NCBI GenBank assembly: GCA_022824865.1
Contig: JAJDZD010000053.1
Coordinates: 1,462-65,461 of the forward strand
Direction: 5' to 3'
Origin: Chloroflexota bacterium
GTDB taxonomy: Bacteria > Chloroflexota > UBA11872
DNA length: 64,000 bases
Under the pieces are notes generated by a model. It was given only the letters and a program-made list of their open reading frames with translations, was not told the DNA's origin and made no database searches. Shown here piece after piece: positions 30,447 through 40,433 of the stretch (the stretch's first letter is position 1; every line of letters starts with the position of its first letter). The translations under genes and the position numbers were made by a program.

Positions 30447-30857
30447 CTACGCCTGTCCGTTCGCAAACGTCGACAAGGGTGCGGCTACGTCCGGAGCACT
30501 TCGCAAGATCGCGCGATCTGCAGTCGCCAGGGACACTCCAAGCAGACGGGCCACAACGACAAACTCGGCGTCGTAGGCGGTCAGCCCGCAGTTCAGTGCT
30601 ACCTCGATCACGTCGGAGTGCGGCGCGTCGATCACACGGTCACCCAGCACATGCGACGCCTCATCAAACAGCGCGACAGCCTGTTCTCTTGATATGTCGC
30701 CTCGGCGCACGTATCCAATAAGCACATTTCGCAGTTCACTCTTGAGAATCGGGGGTGCCGTCCACTCCGAATCTCGCTCGTAGAGGCGATCTGCTGCAGC
30801 CTCATACGGCCCGCCAACGACCAGTGCGACCACGACATTGGTGTCGACAACGATCAT
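30447..30857 (-). CDS. VapC-family PIN toxin
   Basis: MIVVDTNVV...E...LTAYDAEFV....LATAD. Confidence 0.9.
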   Translation of the reverse strand: MIVVDTNVVVALVVGGPYEAAADRLYERDSEWTAPPILKSELRNVLIGYVRRGDISREQAVALFDEASHVLGDRVIDAPHSDVIEVALNCGLTAYDAEFVVVARLLGVSLATADRAILRSAPDVAAPLSTFANGQA

Positions 30858-31102
30858 CGTCGACCGGCGTCTCGCAACTCCTTTATGAGGTCGTCATTGA
30901 GGTCGATGGGACCGAGAGATTCGCGCTGTCTCCGAATTCGCTCGAGCAGCGCTTGAGCGTCGACCTGGTTCGAGTGCACCGAGGCCGTTAACCTCGCTAC
31001 GATCTCGCGATTGAGGCTTCTGTGGTTTCGACGAGCGGATTCTTTGAGTTTCAGATGCACGTCCTCAGGGAGTCCACGAACTGCCACCTGCGGCACGGTC
31101 AA
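30854..31102 (-). CDS. Arc/FitA-like ribbon-helix-helix antitoxin
   Basis: VRGLPEDVHLKLKESARRNHRSLNREI; overlaps toxin start. Confidence 0.88.
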   Translation of the reverse strand: MTVPQVAVRGLPEDVHLKLKESARRNHRSLNREIVARLTASVHSNQVDAQALLERIRRQRESLGPIDLNDDLIKELRDAGRR

Positions 31103-31113
31103 GCTCCAAGCTG

Positions 31114-31143
31114 TGCTATCAGTTCACAACCAAAATGATATCA
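31114..31143. promoter_or_regulatory. putative TA operator TGCTATCA-N14-TGATATCA
   Basis: Immediately upstream of the antitoxin; half-sites resemble the Neisseria fitAB operator TGCTATCA...TGATAGCA. Confidence 0.65.
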
Positions 31144-31218
31144 GGAGACCTGCCACCTCGTCGTTCTTCGCACCGTAGAGTTAGACCCGATGGCCATTCT
31201 CGAGTTGACTGCCAGGCA

Positions 31219-31515
31219 ATGCCCCCACAGAAACGACCGAGAGATGTTGGAGTCCGGCCAGAGTGTTCAATCCGCATCCGCGTCCGTCCGTACGCCGACC
31301 TCGCCCGCTTCTTCCCCGGCGAAGGCCGTATCCGCGTCATCGAAGCCTCGGCCGGCTCAACGGTTGGCGATCTCCTTGATGCCCACGGCCTCGATGAATC
31401 GCGCCGCTTGACCCTCGGCGTCAACGACGTCCTGGCCTCGCGCGAGACGCAATTGTGCGATGGCGATACGCTGGAGGTCCTGGTCCCGATGTCCGGCGGA
31501 ATGGGAGCGACCTGA
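31219..31515 (+). CDS. MoaD/ThiS-family sulfur carrier protein (start uncertain)
   Basis: GSTVGDLL...VND......L.DGDTLEVLVPMSGG; stop overlaps AOR start. Confidence 0.8.
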   Translation: MPPQKRPRDVGVRPECSIRIRVRPYADLARFFPGEGRIRVIEASAGSTVGDLLDAHGLDESRRLTLGVNDVLASRETQLCDGDTLEVLVPMSGGMGAT

Positions 31516-33368
31516 TGGCGCCAACCGCGATTCAGAACCGAATCCTGCGCGTGGACCTGACCGAGCGCCGCTGCTGGACCGAGCGGCCCGGTGACGCCTT
31601 CTTCCGCAAGCACCTTGGCGGCCGCAACTTCATCGCCCACTACCTGCTTACGGAGACGCCCCGCGGGGCCGACGCCTTCGATCCCGTCAACCGCCTGGTC
31701 TTCGCAATGGGCCCAACCACTGGCGTGGCTCTGCCGGGTGCCGGCCGCCACAGCGTGGGCGCAAAGTCGCCCCTCACCGGCCTCTTCGGCGAGTCCGAGG
31801 CGGGCGGCTACTGGGGCTCAGAGCTCAAGCAAGCTGGCTGGGACGGCATCGTCATCCAGGGGCGCGCGTCGGAGCCCGTCTACCTCTGGATCAAGGACGA
31901 CCAGGTCGAGTTCCGCGACGCCGCCCACCTCTGGGGAAAGATCACCGGCCCTGTCGAAACCGCGATCCGTGAGGAACTCGGCGACCAGCAGATCCGCGTC
32001 ACCCAGATTGGTCCCGCCGGCGAGAACCTCGTCCGCTACGCCTGCATAGTCAACGACCTTAACGAGGTCGCCGGCCGCACCGGCCTGGGCGCGGTCATGG
32101 GCTCCAAGAACCTCAAGGCCATCGCCGTCCGCGGGAGCACCCGGGTGCAGGTGGCCGACCGCGATCCGGTCAGGGACACGGCCCGCTGGGTTGCGCGGGA
32201 GACCCTCGCCGAGGGTGGCACGCACCACCGCCTGCACACCTGGGGTACCGGCGCGATGGTGCAGTCAAAGCAACTCGAAGGCCACCTCATCGTCCACAAC
32301 TTTCGCGATGGGCAACTGGACGGCGCCACCAACATCGACGCCATCGCCATGCGCGACCAGGTCATCGACCACATGGATCGCTGCTTCGCCTGCTCCGTGC
32401 GCTGCAAGAAGCGGGTCAAGATCGAGACGCCCAAGGTCAAGGTTCGTCCAAAGTACGGCGGGCCCGAGTACGAAACCCTGGCCGCCATCGGTACCAACAC
32501 CGGCGTCACCGACATCATGGCCGTCTGCAAGGGCAACGAGATGCTCAACTTCCTGGGCATGGACAGCATCTCCGCCGGCGCCACCATTGCCTGGGCCATG
32601 GAAATGGAGGAGATGGGCCGCCTGCGCGACCACAACGAGGACGGACAACCGCTCCGCTTCGGCTCGGCGCAGGACCTGCTGGACCTGATCGAGAAGATCG
32701 CCTACCGCGACGGCATCGGCGATCTCCTTGCCGAGGGCGCCCTGCGCGCCGCCCGTGCCATCGGCGGCGACGCCGAGGACTACGTCGTCCACGTCAAGGG
32801 CCTGGAAGTTGCCATGCACGACCCCCGCGCCATGAAGGACATGCGCGATAACTACCCCATCACCCCTACCGGCGGCGACCACACCGGCGCCGGCCTCAAG
32901 CGCACCTCCGTCCGCAACACCGTCGGCCTCTGCCAGTTCCTGGACTACGACGACACCAAGGCGCTGGAACTGCTCAACGCCGCCACCGGCTGGGATATGT
33001 CGCCCGAGGAACTGCACGAGACCTTCGAGCGCGGCCTCACGATGGCGCGCCTTTTCAACCTGCGTGAAGGCATGACCGCCCAGGACGACCGCCTGCCCGA
33101 GCGCCTGCACCAACCCATCCGCCAGGGACCGCTCAGCGACTACCGCCTGCCGCGCGACGAAGTCCGCACCTACGTCCAGGGCTACTACAGCGAACGCGGC
33201 TGGGACCCTGACCGGGGCCTGCCATACGCCGACACGTTGGAGCACCTCGGTGTCGATCCGTCGGAGACCGATCTCGAAGACCTCGTCACCGAGCGCCCCG
33301 AGCCCCTCCCGATCGGCGCGTTGCCCTACACCCTCGAACTCGAATCAACCGCCGGCCACGAGGAGTAG
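31515..33368 (+). CDS. aldehyde:ferredoxin oxidoreductase family protein (tungstopterin)
   Basis: ILRVDLT, KSPLTG, IGPAGENLV, GRTGLGAVMGSKNLKAI, CFAC...C, GPEYET, GMDSIS, DDRLP. Confidence 0.92.
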   Translation: MAPTAIQNRILRVDLTERRCWTERPGDAFFRKHLGGRNFIAHYLLTETPRGADAFDPVNRLVFAMGPTTGVALPGAGRHSVGAKSPLTGLFGESEAGGYWGSELKQAGWDGIVIQGRASEPVYLWIKDDQVEFRDAAHLWGKITGPVETAIREELGDQQIRVTQIGPAGENLVRYACIVNDLNEVAGRTGLGAVMGSKNLKAIAVRGSTRVQVADRDPVRDTARWVARETLAEGGTHHRLHTWGTGAMVQSKQLEGHLIVHNFRDGQLDGATNIDAIAMRDQVIDHMDRCFACSVRCKKRVKIETPKVKVRPKYGGPEYETLAAIGTNTGVTDIMAVCKGNEMLNFLGMDSISAGATIAWAMEMEEMGRLRDHNEDGQPLRFGSAQDLLDLIEKIAYRDGIGDLLAEGALRAARAIGGDAEDYVVHVKGLEVAMHDPRAMKDMRDNYPITPTGGDHTGAGLKRTSVRNTVGLCQFLDYDDTKALELLNAATGWDMSPEELHETFERGLTMARLFNLREGMTAQDDRLPERLHQPIRQGPLSDYRLPRDEVRTYVQGYYSERGWDPDRGLPYADTLEHLGVDPSETDLEDLVTERPEPLPIGALPYTLELESTAGHEE

Positions 33369-33447
33369 CCGGCGCGGCCGGCCAAGGCCCCGCTGGCCAG
33401 GCCTTCCTGTTAGCCACGAGCTGCGCATTCGGGCTAGATTCAGCGCT

Positions 33448-34446
33448 ATGCAGCACCATCACCGCCATCACGGGGACGACGAGAAGCACAGCCACACTCA
33501 TGGCGCAGTCGACCCGACCATTGCGACGACCAGTCGCGGCATCTGGGCCATAAAGTGGTCGTTCGTGGGGCTGGCGATTACCGCAGTGCTCCAGGCAGCC
33601 GTCTTCGTAGTGTCCGGAAGCGTGGCGTTGCTGGCCGACACCATCCACAACGTAGGCGATGCGCTGACTGCGGTCCCCTTGTGGATAGCCTTCCTGTTTG
33701 CTCGCCGCGTAGCAACGAGGCGGTTCAGCTATGGCTTTGGCAGGGTCGAGGATCTGGCCGGAGCAATCATCGTCCTCGTAATCTTGTCCAGCGCCATAGT
33801 GGCCGCCTACCAGTCCATCGACAGGCTGCTCAACCCGCGTGACGTTGAACTGATATGGGCGGTCGCCGCAGCCGGGGCGTTAGGCTTCATTGGTAACGAG
33901 GCTGTCGCGCTGTTCCGCATCCGCGTCGGGCGCGAAATCAACAGCGCCGCGCTGGTGGCCGACGGTTACCACGCCCGGACGGATGGGCTCGCGAGCCTCG
34001 CCGTCGTCGCCGGCGCAATCGCTATCTGGGCGGGCTTCCCGATAGCCGACCCCATTGCGGGGCTGGGCATCAGCGTACTCATTGCAAAGATTGTGTACGA
34101 CTCCGCCAAAACGGTATTTGGCCGCATGCTCGACGGAATCGACCCTGAAACACTCGACAACTTGGAGCACGAAGCCCTGCACGTAAAAGGCGTGCAAGCC
34201 ATCACCCGGTCACGTGCGCGATGGATTGGCCACCGCCTGCACGCGGAGGTGCATCTCACGGCCAGCAAAGACCTCTCGCTGAAGCAGGCGCACGAACTCC
34301 AGAAGCGCGTCTCCCATGAGCTCGCTCACGCCATTCCGTACCTGGGCGAGGCGGTCATTCATGTCGACCCCGCTGATCAAGCAGGCACCGCGAACGATCG
34401 AACATCCGCCCATGAACATGATGGGCTGCCACTCCACAGCCACTAA
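33448..34446 (+). CDS. cation diffusion facilitator transporter
   Basis: His-rich N-terminus, SVALLADTIHNVGD, YGFGRVE, ADGYHARTD, IHVDP. Confidence 0.93.
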   Translation: MQHHHRHHGDDEKHSHTHGAVDPTIATTSRGIWAIKWSFVGLAITAVLQAAVFVVSGSVALLADTIHNVGDALTAVPLWIAFLFARRVATRRFSYGFGRVEDLAGAIIVLVILSSAIVAAYQSIDRLLNPRDVELIWAVAAAGALGFIGNEAVALFRIRVGREINSAALVADGYHARTDGLASLAVVAGAIAIWAGFPIADPIAGLGISVLIAKIVYDSAKTVFGRMLDGIDPETLDNLEHEALHVKGVQAITRSRARWIGHRLHAEVHLTASKDLSLKQAHELQKRVSHELAHAIPYLGEAVIHVDPADQAGTANDRTSAHEHDGLPLHSH

Positions 34447-34783
34447 CGCCCGCGCCGTAGGGCAACACTCGTTTCGACGGCGTGCAACGTTCCCAAAGTC
34501 ACTTGCTGCACCGGGGCAAGAGGTGAGGCGCATGGTCTGCCGGCATGAGCATGATCAGGACGGCGGAGCCTATGACGCCGACTGAGACCGGCAAGCCGAC
34601 AGTCTCGGCGCCTTCCGTTTAGGCCCGTCAGTAGGCCTCGAAGTAGATTCAGCCGGCTCTGGGGCACACAACGAGAGCGCTCACCAGCGCGGCCGGTATC
34701 CACCTGCGGTGGTGGTCGACAGCACGTTCCCTTTGGCGTGACCTTCGCGGCCCATAGCGGCGCACCGCAGATCGGCCTGGCCG

Positions 34784-35233
34784 CTATTCCCCGCGTCCCT
34801 CGCCCTCGGCGAACGTCTTGAAGTCGTTCAGCGTCTTCTTGGTCTGCCCGGTGAACGCGAAACGCATGACGATCGACATCAGCAGCATCTTCCAGTCGGA
34901 GAAGCGGAACTCCGTCTCCGCAATCCAGCGCGTGCGGTTCGGTCCCTCTTCCACGAATCGGTTGTTGATGTAGTTCCACACGCCTTCGGTCTCGTAGGTG
35001 CCCGCCAGCTCATCCGGCAGGCTTTGCGCCGTCACCGTTTCGATCATCTCGACGTCCTGGCCACGGTGCTCGTACACAAGCCGGGAGGTCTCCCCCGGTT
35101 GCCCGGGCTCGCCGCTGACGTGTTCGAAGCTCTTCAGGCCCGTCTGCCACTTCGGCATGTTGTCCCGGTTCATGAAGAGCTCAATCACGCGGTCGCGCGG
35201 CAAGTCGATCACAACGTCACGGGTGTACTTCAC
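34784..35233 (-). CDS. SRPBCC-family protein, paralog 2
   Basis: GGAGG RBS + GTG; KYTRDVVIDLPRDRVIELF...FKTFAE. Confidence 0.85.
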   Translation of the reverse strand: MKYTRDVVIDLPRDRVIELFMNRDNMPKWQTGLKSFEHVSGEPGQPGETSRLVYEHRGQDVEMIETVTAQSLPDELAGTYETEGVWNYINNRFVEEGPNRTRWIAETEFRFSDWKMLLMSIVMRFAFTGQTKKTLNDFKTFAEGEGRGE

Positions 35234-35272
35234 GGAGAGCCTCCAATCCAACCAGGTGGCCGCCGACGGCCG

Positions 35273-35722
35273 CTAGTCCCCACGACCCTCGCCTTCGGCG
35301 AATGCCTTGAAGTCGCGCAGGGTCTTCAGCGTCCTCGAAGTGAATAGCGGCCGCAGCAGGATCGCCATCAGCTTCATCTTGATCCCCTGGGGGCGAAACT
35401 CCGACTCGGCGATCCAGCGCGTGCGGTCCGGTCCTTCTTCCTCAAACCGGTTCTTCATCAGATTCCAGACACCGTCGGTCTCGTAGATGCCTGAGAACTC
35501 GTCGGGCAGATTGCGCTCGGTGATCGTCTCGGTCATCTCGAAGCGGCGCCCCCGGTAGTCGTACACCAGGCGCGACTTGGCGCCGGGCTGTCCCGGCTCG
35601 CCGCTGACGTGCTCGAATCTCTGCAGGCCCTCCTGCCACTTCGTCAGGTTGTCGGCGTCGTCGAACAGCTCGATCACTCGATCGCGCGGCAGGTCGATCA
35701 CGACCTCGCGGGTGTACTTCAC
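35273..35722 (-). CDS. SRPBCC-family protein, paralog 1
   Basis: Tandem paralog; KYTREVVIDLPRDRVIELF...FKAFAE. Confidence 0.85.
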   Translation of the reverse strand: MKYTREVVIDLPRDRVIELFDDADNLTKWQEGLQRFEHVSGEPGQPGAKSRLVYDYRGRRFEMTETITERNLPDEFSGIYETDGVWNLMKNRFEEEGPDRTRWIAESEFRPQGIKMKLMAILLRPLFTSRTLKTLRDFKAFAEGEGRGD

Positions 35723-35851
35723 AGTGAGTCTCCAATCCAACCTCGTGGGTCGTGAGGCGGCGCGACTCTCCGCCCTCGGGACGCGCTGCGAACTTCTGCA
35801 GGCTCGGCCGAGTGGTTGTCGGCAGCCTCGGACTTAAGGTACACGCCCGCT

Positions 35852-36181
35852 CTACTTCGGCGGCAGTGAGCGCGCATAGTCGGCGCCTCGCCGAACCCAA
35901 TCGCCCAGCGCCCCGTCGTCCGCGATGCCCTCGGCGGCCACCACCACCCAACCCCGCATCACCCGCCCGGTCATGTCAAAGACTCGCGCGTGCGGCTGCG
36001 CCAGCGCATCGTCATAAGCCTCCGGCCCCACCCGCACCATCAACTCATCGCCCGAAATGCCCACGGCCATGTTCCCGTGCAGCATGAAGGCAATCCCGCC
36101 GAACATCCGCCGCTCGCTCAGACCGTCGGCGTCCGCCAGCGCCTCGCGAATCCGCTGCGCCAGTCCCTCGTCGTAGGCCAT
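35852..36181 (-). CDS. TfoX/Sxy N-terminal-domain family protein
   Basis: MAYDEGLAQRIR...ERRMFGGIAFM..GNM.....LMVRVG. Confidence 0.9.
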   Translation of the reverse strand: MAYDEGLAQRIREALADADGLSERRMFGGIAFMLHGNMAVGISGDELMVRVGPEAYDDALAQPHARVFDMTGRVMRGWVVVAAEGIADDGALGDWVRRGADYARSLPPK

Positions 36182-36328
36182 GCGTTTCCCGGTAGCTCCA
36201 GATTCGACACTTGGCATTCTCGCGTATCGGGACCGTCGCCCGCGGTCAGCGGCGCTGCTCTGGATGCCTGGCGCAAGTGGCCGACGCACACTGGAATCCG
36301 GTACGCCCGACACTCCGGAGGAAACACG

Positions 36329-36694
36329 ATGATCGAGCAGATCGCAACCGTCGGGATTTACGTCGATGACCAGGAGGCGGCCCTGCGCTTCTGGGTGGAC
36401 CGGGTGGGATTCGAGCTGCGGCGGCGCGAATCGATGGGCCGCATGGGCGATTGGCTGGAGGTCGCACCGCCCGGTGCCGGCTCACGCCTGGTGATCTACC
36501 CAAAGGCGATGATGCCGGACTGGGCCGAGCGCAAGCCCTCCATCGTCTTCGAGTGCGCCGACTGCCAGGCCACCCACGCGCGGCTGCGTGACGCCGGGGT
36601 GGAATTCTCCAGCGAGCCCCAATCCATGGCCTGGGGCACCTTCGCGATCTTTCGCGATCCCGACGGGAACGAGTTCGGGCTGAAGGGCTCTTGA
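36329..36694 (+). CDS. VOC/glyoxalase family protein
   Basis: GGAGG RBS; VDDQEAALRFW...WG.FA.FRDPDGNEF. Confidence 0.9.
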   Translation: MIEQIATVGIYVDDQEAALRFWVDRVGFELRRRESMGRMGDWLEVAPPGAGSRLVIYPKAMMPDWAERKPSIVFECADCQATHARLRDAGVEFSSEPQSMAWGTFAIFRDPDGNEFGLKGS

Positions 36695-36756
36695 CCGGGA
36701 CTCGCGGACCGCTACCCCCACTGGCCTCTCGAACCCCACCTCGCTAGGCTTCGGGC

Positions 36757-38523
36757 GTGAGATTTCTCCGGCAGCTGTCACGCTTCACCCGCCCCGAGCG
36801 CGGCATGCTCATCGGCACGGTCGCGGCTGGCTTGCTCTTCACGGCCAGCGGGCTGGTGCCACCGTTGTTCGTCCGCCAGATCTTGATCTGGCACGCCGAA
36901 GGCACCACCGCCGAGAACGCCATGCTGGTCGTGGTGGCGGCCCTGGTGGGCGCCTACCTGGTGCGCGCCGCCGCTCGGTACACCTACGGCCTGCTCTCCC
37001 ACTGGGCGGCCTACAACGTGCAGCAGGCCATGATGGTCAACCTCTACCGCCACATCCAGACGCTGCCCCACCGCTTCTTCACCGACCGGCGCGTGGGCTC
37101 GTTGGTGTCGCGTTCCGTGGGCGACGTGGAAACGGTCGAGGATTTCGTCGCCCACGGCATCCCCGAAACCGTCATTGCCATTGCCTTGCCGGCCACCATG
37201 CTGATTGCGCTGTTCATCATCAACTGGCAATTGGCCCTGCTGGCGCTCTTGCCGATTCCCATCATTCTCGTGGCCGGTCGGTTCCTGTTTCCGCACATCC
37301 GTAGCTCCTGGCGTGTGGTGCGCGAATCCGTGGCCAAGGTCACCGCCACGGTCACCGAGGGAATAGCCGGCTACGCCGTCATCAAGGCCTTCGGCCGCGA
37401 GCGGGAGCAGCTGCGAATCGTCCAGCGCGACTGGCAGCGCTACCGCGACGACATCCAGAAGGCACAGTTCTTCTCCCTGGTTCCCGCCGGCATGATCGAA
37501 CTCCTCGCGGGCCTCGGCCTCATCCTCGTCGTGGCCGTCGGCGGCGACCTCACCCTGCGCGGCATCGTGCCGGTGGCCGACCTGTTCGTCTTCGTCGTCT
37601 ACCTGGGCTTGATCTACCAACCCGTCATCCAACTGGCCGCCATCAGCGAGAACATCCAGAAGGCCATGGCCAGCACCGAGCGGGTATTCGAGCTGCTGGC
37701 CATCCAAACCGACCTGCGCGACAAGCCGAACGCCGCGGCCCCGTCGGCGCCCGAGTGGTCGGTCGAGTTCGACCAGGTCGACTTCCGCTACGAACCGGAG
37801 GAACCAGTGCTGCAAGGCGTGTCCTTCAACGCCGCGCCCGGCGAACTCATCGCCCTGGTCGGCCCCACCGGCGTCGGCAAATCCACCTGCGCACACCTGG
37901 TCCCGCGGTTTTACGACGTCGATAGCGGCGCGGTGCGGGTCGCCGGCATTGACGTCCGAGACCTGCCCATGGAATGGCTCCGCTCCAACATCTCGTTGGT
38001 CCTACAGGAGGTCTTCCTGTTTGCCGGCACCATCCGCGACAACATCGCCTTCGGCCGCCCCGGCGCCACCGAGGAGGAAATCCTAGAAGCCGCCCGCGCC
38101 GCCAACGTCGACGAGTTCGCTGAACGCCTGCCCAACGGCTACGACTCCCGCGTCGGCGAGCGTGGCGTGCGGCTCTCCGGCGGCCAGCAGCAGCGCATCT
38201 CCATCGCCCGCGCCGTCCTTAAGGACGCGCCAATCCTCATCCTCGACGAAGCCACCTCAGCGGTCGACGCCGAAACCGAAGCCCTGATCCAGGAAGCCCT
38301 CGACCGCCTGACCCTCCGCCGCACCACCCTCGTCATCGCCCACCGCCTCGCCACCGTTCGCCGCGCCGACCGCATCATCGTGTTGCGCGACGGCCGGGTA
38401 GCCGCCGCCGGTTCCCACGACGACCTCGTGGCCGCGGGCGGCTGGTACGCCGACATGGTCCGCCGCCAGCAACTCAGCGCCCGCTGGCGCCTCGAAAGCG
38501 CCGCCGAAGTCCAGCTGACTTAG
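36757..38523 (+). CDS. ABC transporter fused permease/ATPase (exporter)
   Basis: N-terminal TMs; GPTGVGKST, LSGGQQQR, ILDEATS. Confidence 0.93.
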   Translation: MRFLRQLSRFTRPERGMLIGTVAAGLLFTASGLVPPLFVRQILIWHAEGTTAENAMLVVVAALVGAYLVRAAARYTYGLLSHWAAYNVQQAMMVNLYRHIQTLPHRFFTDRRVGSLVSRSVGDVETVEDFVAHGIPETVIAIALPATMLIALFIINWQLALLALLPIPIILVAGRFLFPHIRSSWRVVRESVAKVTATVTEGIAGYAVIKAFGREREQLRIVQRDWQRYRDDIQKAQFFSLVPAGMIELLAGLGLILVVAVGGDLTLRGIVPVADLFVFVVYLGLIYQPVIQLAAISENIQKAMASTERVFELLAIQTDLRDKPNAAAPSAPEWSVEFDQVDFRYEPEEPVLQGVSFNAAPGELIALVGPTGVGKSTCAHLVPRFYDVDSGAVRVAGIDVRDLPMEWLRSNISLVLQEVFLFAGTIRDNIAFGRPGATEEEILEAARAANVDEFAERLPNGYDSRVGERGVRLSGGQQQRISIARAVLKDAPILILDEATSAVDAETEALIQEALDRLTLRRTTLVIAHRLATVRRADRIIVLRDGRVAAAGSHDDLVAAGGWYADMVRRQQLSARWRLESAAEVQLT

Positions 38524-38527
38524 TGCC

Positions 38528-38866
38528 TTAGGGGCGACCGGCGACAAGCCCATGCCCGCCAGCCGGCCTCTTGTAGATCACGATCCCAACGCTCTCAATG
38601 TGTCGCTGAAGCGGCGCGTAGGTGATCTTCTCGTAGGCCTGCAGATCGCACTCCTGCGGGATTGGAAGATCGTCGAGGTCCAGGGCGAGACGTCCCAAGC
38701 GATGGTCGTCTGCAATACCTCGCGTGGCGAGGTCGATGTCGGACCGAGCATTGGCCGCCCCGGTGGCTCGTGAGCCGAAAAGCACGACTTCCGTTAGTTC
38801 CGGATACGCAACAAACACTCGCGTCAATGCAGCCAGCGTTCGGTCCGACAGTTCCGGGGCGTTCAC
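38528..38866 (-). CDS. minimal nucleotidyltransferase (MNT) of a HEPN-MNT module
   Basis: LFGSRATG.....SDIDL. Confidence 0.9.
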   Translation of the reverse strand: MNAPELSDRTLAALTRVFVAYPELTEVVLFGSRATGAANARSDIDLATRGIADDHRLGRLALDLDDLPIPQECDLQAYEKITYAPLQRHIESVGIVIYKRPAGGHGLVAGRP

Positions 38867-39279
38867 GACCCGAGCGCCTCTTTGGCCAGCCGGTCGTACA
38901 AGTCGCCCAAAATCGAAAGGTAGCGGCGTCGCACATTGCCGGCGACGGCCTCGAACCTGGCAGCGTCGTAGGTGTGAGCCATCAGATTTCGATCGGTCAG
39001 CATGTCAATCCACGCATCACCGTCCTCGATGAGCTTGGCTCTGAACGCTGCCCGGATCACATGGCGCGGGCTGACGGTGTCGAGCATCAAACCGTCGTAC
39101 TCCATCCGGTCCTTGAGCGTGTTCCAGGCCAACTCGAACGTGTACTCAAAGCGCTGGATCACTCCTTCACGCTCCAACTGGCTCAAGTCCTTGACTTCCA
39201 CCTCCAGCGCCTCCCGCAAGAGGGCGTAAGCCCGCGAGAAGTTCCTAAACCGGTACTTCCAGCGAACTTCCTCGCTCAC
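38863..39279 (-). CDS. HEPN-like nucleotidyltransferase substrate-binding protein (HI0074 family)
   Basis: GVIQRFEYTFELAW, RNLMAHTY (RxxxxH). Confidence 0.9.
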   Translation of the reverse strand: MSEEVRWKYRFRNFSRAYALLREALEVEVKDLSQLEREGVIQRFEYTFELAWNTLKDRMEYDGLMLDTVSPRHVIRAAFRAKLIEDGDAWIDMLTDRNLMAHTYDAARFEAVAGNVRRRYLSILGDLYDRLAKEALGS

Positions 39280-40421
39280 CGCACCGCCACCCACGCCCGC
39301 TCCCGCTCCGACTCCCGTGCCGCGTCTACCGCCCGCGCCACCGCCAGCCCGTCGTGAAAGCTCGCCAGTTGGGTGGGCGTACCGGCGGCATGCGCCCGCA
39401 GACCCGGAATCACAATCTCCCGGAACATCGCCGTATTCTGCGCCCGCGGCGACTCGTGGACCCGTACCGGCACGTCGATCACCTCGGTGTCGACCCCGCG
39501 CACCAGGCTCACCTGGCCGGCCCGCCGGTTGCCCCCCGAGTAGCTCACAAACGCCGACGCCTTGGACCCGTGCACCTGCACGTCGGGTGTCGGCCCGGGC
39601 CGCGTAAACGTGGTTTGGCCCGCGGTGAATGTGAACAGCGCCCCCGAGGCCATCTCACCGTGAATCGTCCCAAAGTCGCTCGCGGTCACCTGTGCCATTG
39701 GGGTTCCTGGCGCCGCCCCCTGCGGGTTCTCGGCCGACCAGCGGTTGGCGTCGACTCGCGAAATGTCACCCATATCCGGCCGCTCCGGCACCACGATAGG
39801 CAGGTGGCCCAACACCGCGGTGATCTCGCTGCCGGTCAGGTAGCACGCCAGGTCCAGCAGGTGCACACCCAGCAGGCCGATCGACCCGGCCGGGCACTCC
39901 TCCTCGGTCATCCACCACTGCACCGGCTCGTGCAGCGCGCGCGGCTGCCAGATGCGGCCGAACATCGCCTGCACCTCGCCGATCTCGCCCTCATCGATCA
40001 GCCGGCGGACGGTCTGCATCGGTTCCGCGAACCGCATGTAGTGCCCCAGGCCGTGGCCCAGCCCCGTGCGCTCCGCCGCCGCCACCATCTCGGCGCACTG
40101 CTCCGCCGTATTGGCCAGCGGCTTCTCGCACAGCACGTGCTTGCCCGACTCCAGCGCGGCAACGGCCACCGGGTGGTGCATCGCGTTGCTCGTCACAATC
40201 GCTACCACGTCCACGTCGTCCCGCGCCACCAACTCGCGCCAATCCGTATGGGTGTCGGGATTCCCATAGGCCGCCGCGGTCTCCGCCAGCGGCCCGGGCC
40301 TGCGGGCGGCTATCGCACGCAGCTCCAGGTCGGGCAGGTCAATGGCCGGGTTCAGATAGGTCGGCGCAAAAAGCCCGGTCGCCCCAACCACGCCCATTCG
40401 CAAGGCGGTTCCTTCATTCAT
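39276..40421 (-). CDS. Gfo/Idh/MocA oxidoreductase
   Basis: GVVGATG, GKHVLCEKP, VHLLD. Confidence 0.9.
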   Translation of the reverse strand: MNEGTALRMGVVGATGLFAPTYLNPAIDLPDLELRAIAARRPGPLAETAAAYGNPDTHTDWRELVARDDVDVVAIVTSNAMHHPVAVAALESGKHVLCEKPLANTAEQCAEMVAAAERTGLGHGLGHYMRFAEPMQTVRRLIDEGEIGEVQAMFGRIWQPRALHEPVQWWMTEEECPAGSIGLLGVHLLDLACYLTGSEITAVLGHLPIVVPERPDMGDISRVDANRWSAENPQGAAPGTPMAQVTASDFGTIHGEMASGALFTFTAGQTTFTRPGPTPDVQVHGSKASAFVSYSGGNRRAGQVSLVRGVDTEVIDVPVRVHESPRAQNTAMFREIVIPGLRAHAAGTPTQLASFHDGLAVARAVDAARESERERAWVAVR

Positions 40422-40433
40422 GTTGATGCCACC

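Noticed and set aside
34447-34783. Riboswitch or sRNA between the CDF and SRPBCC genes
   Set aside because: Lies between convergent genes and shows no recognisable conserved motif
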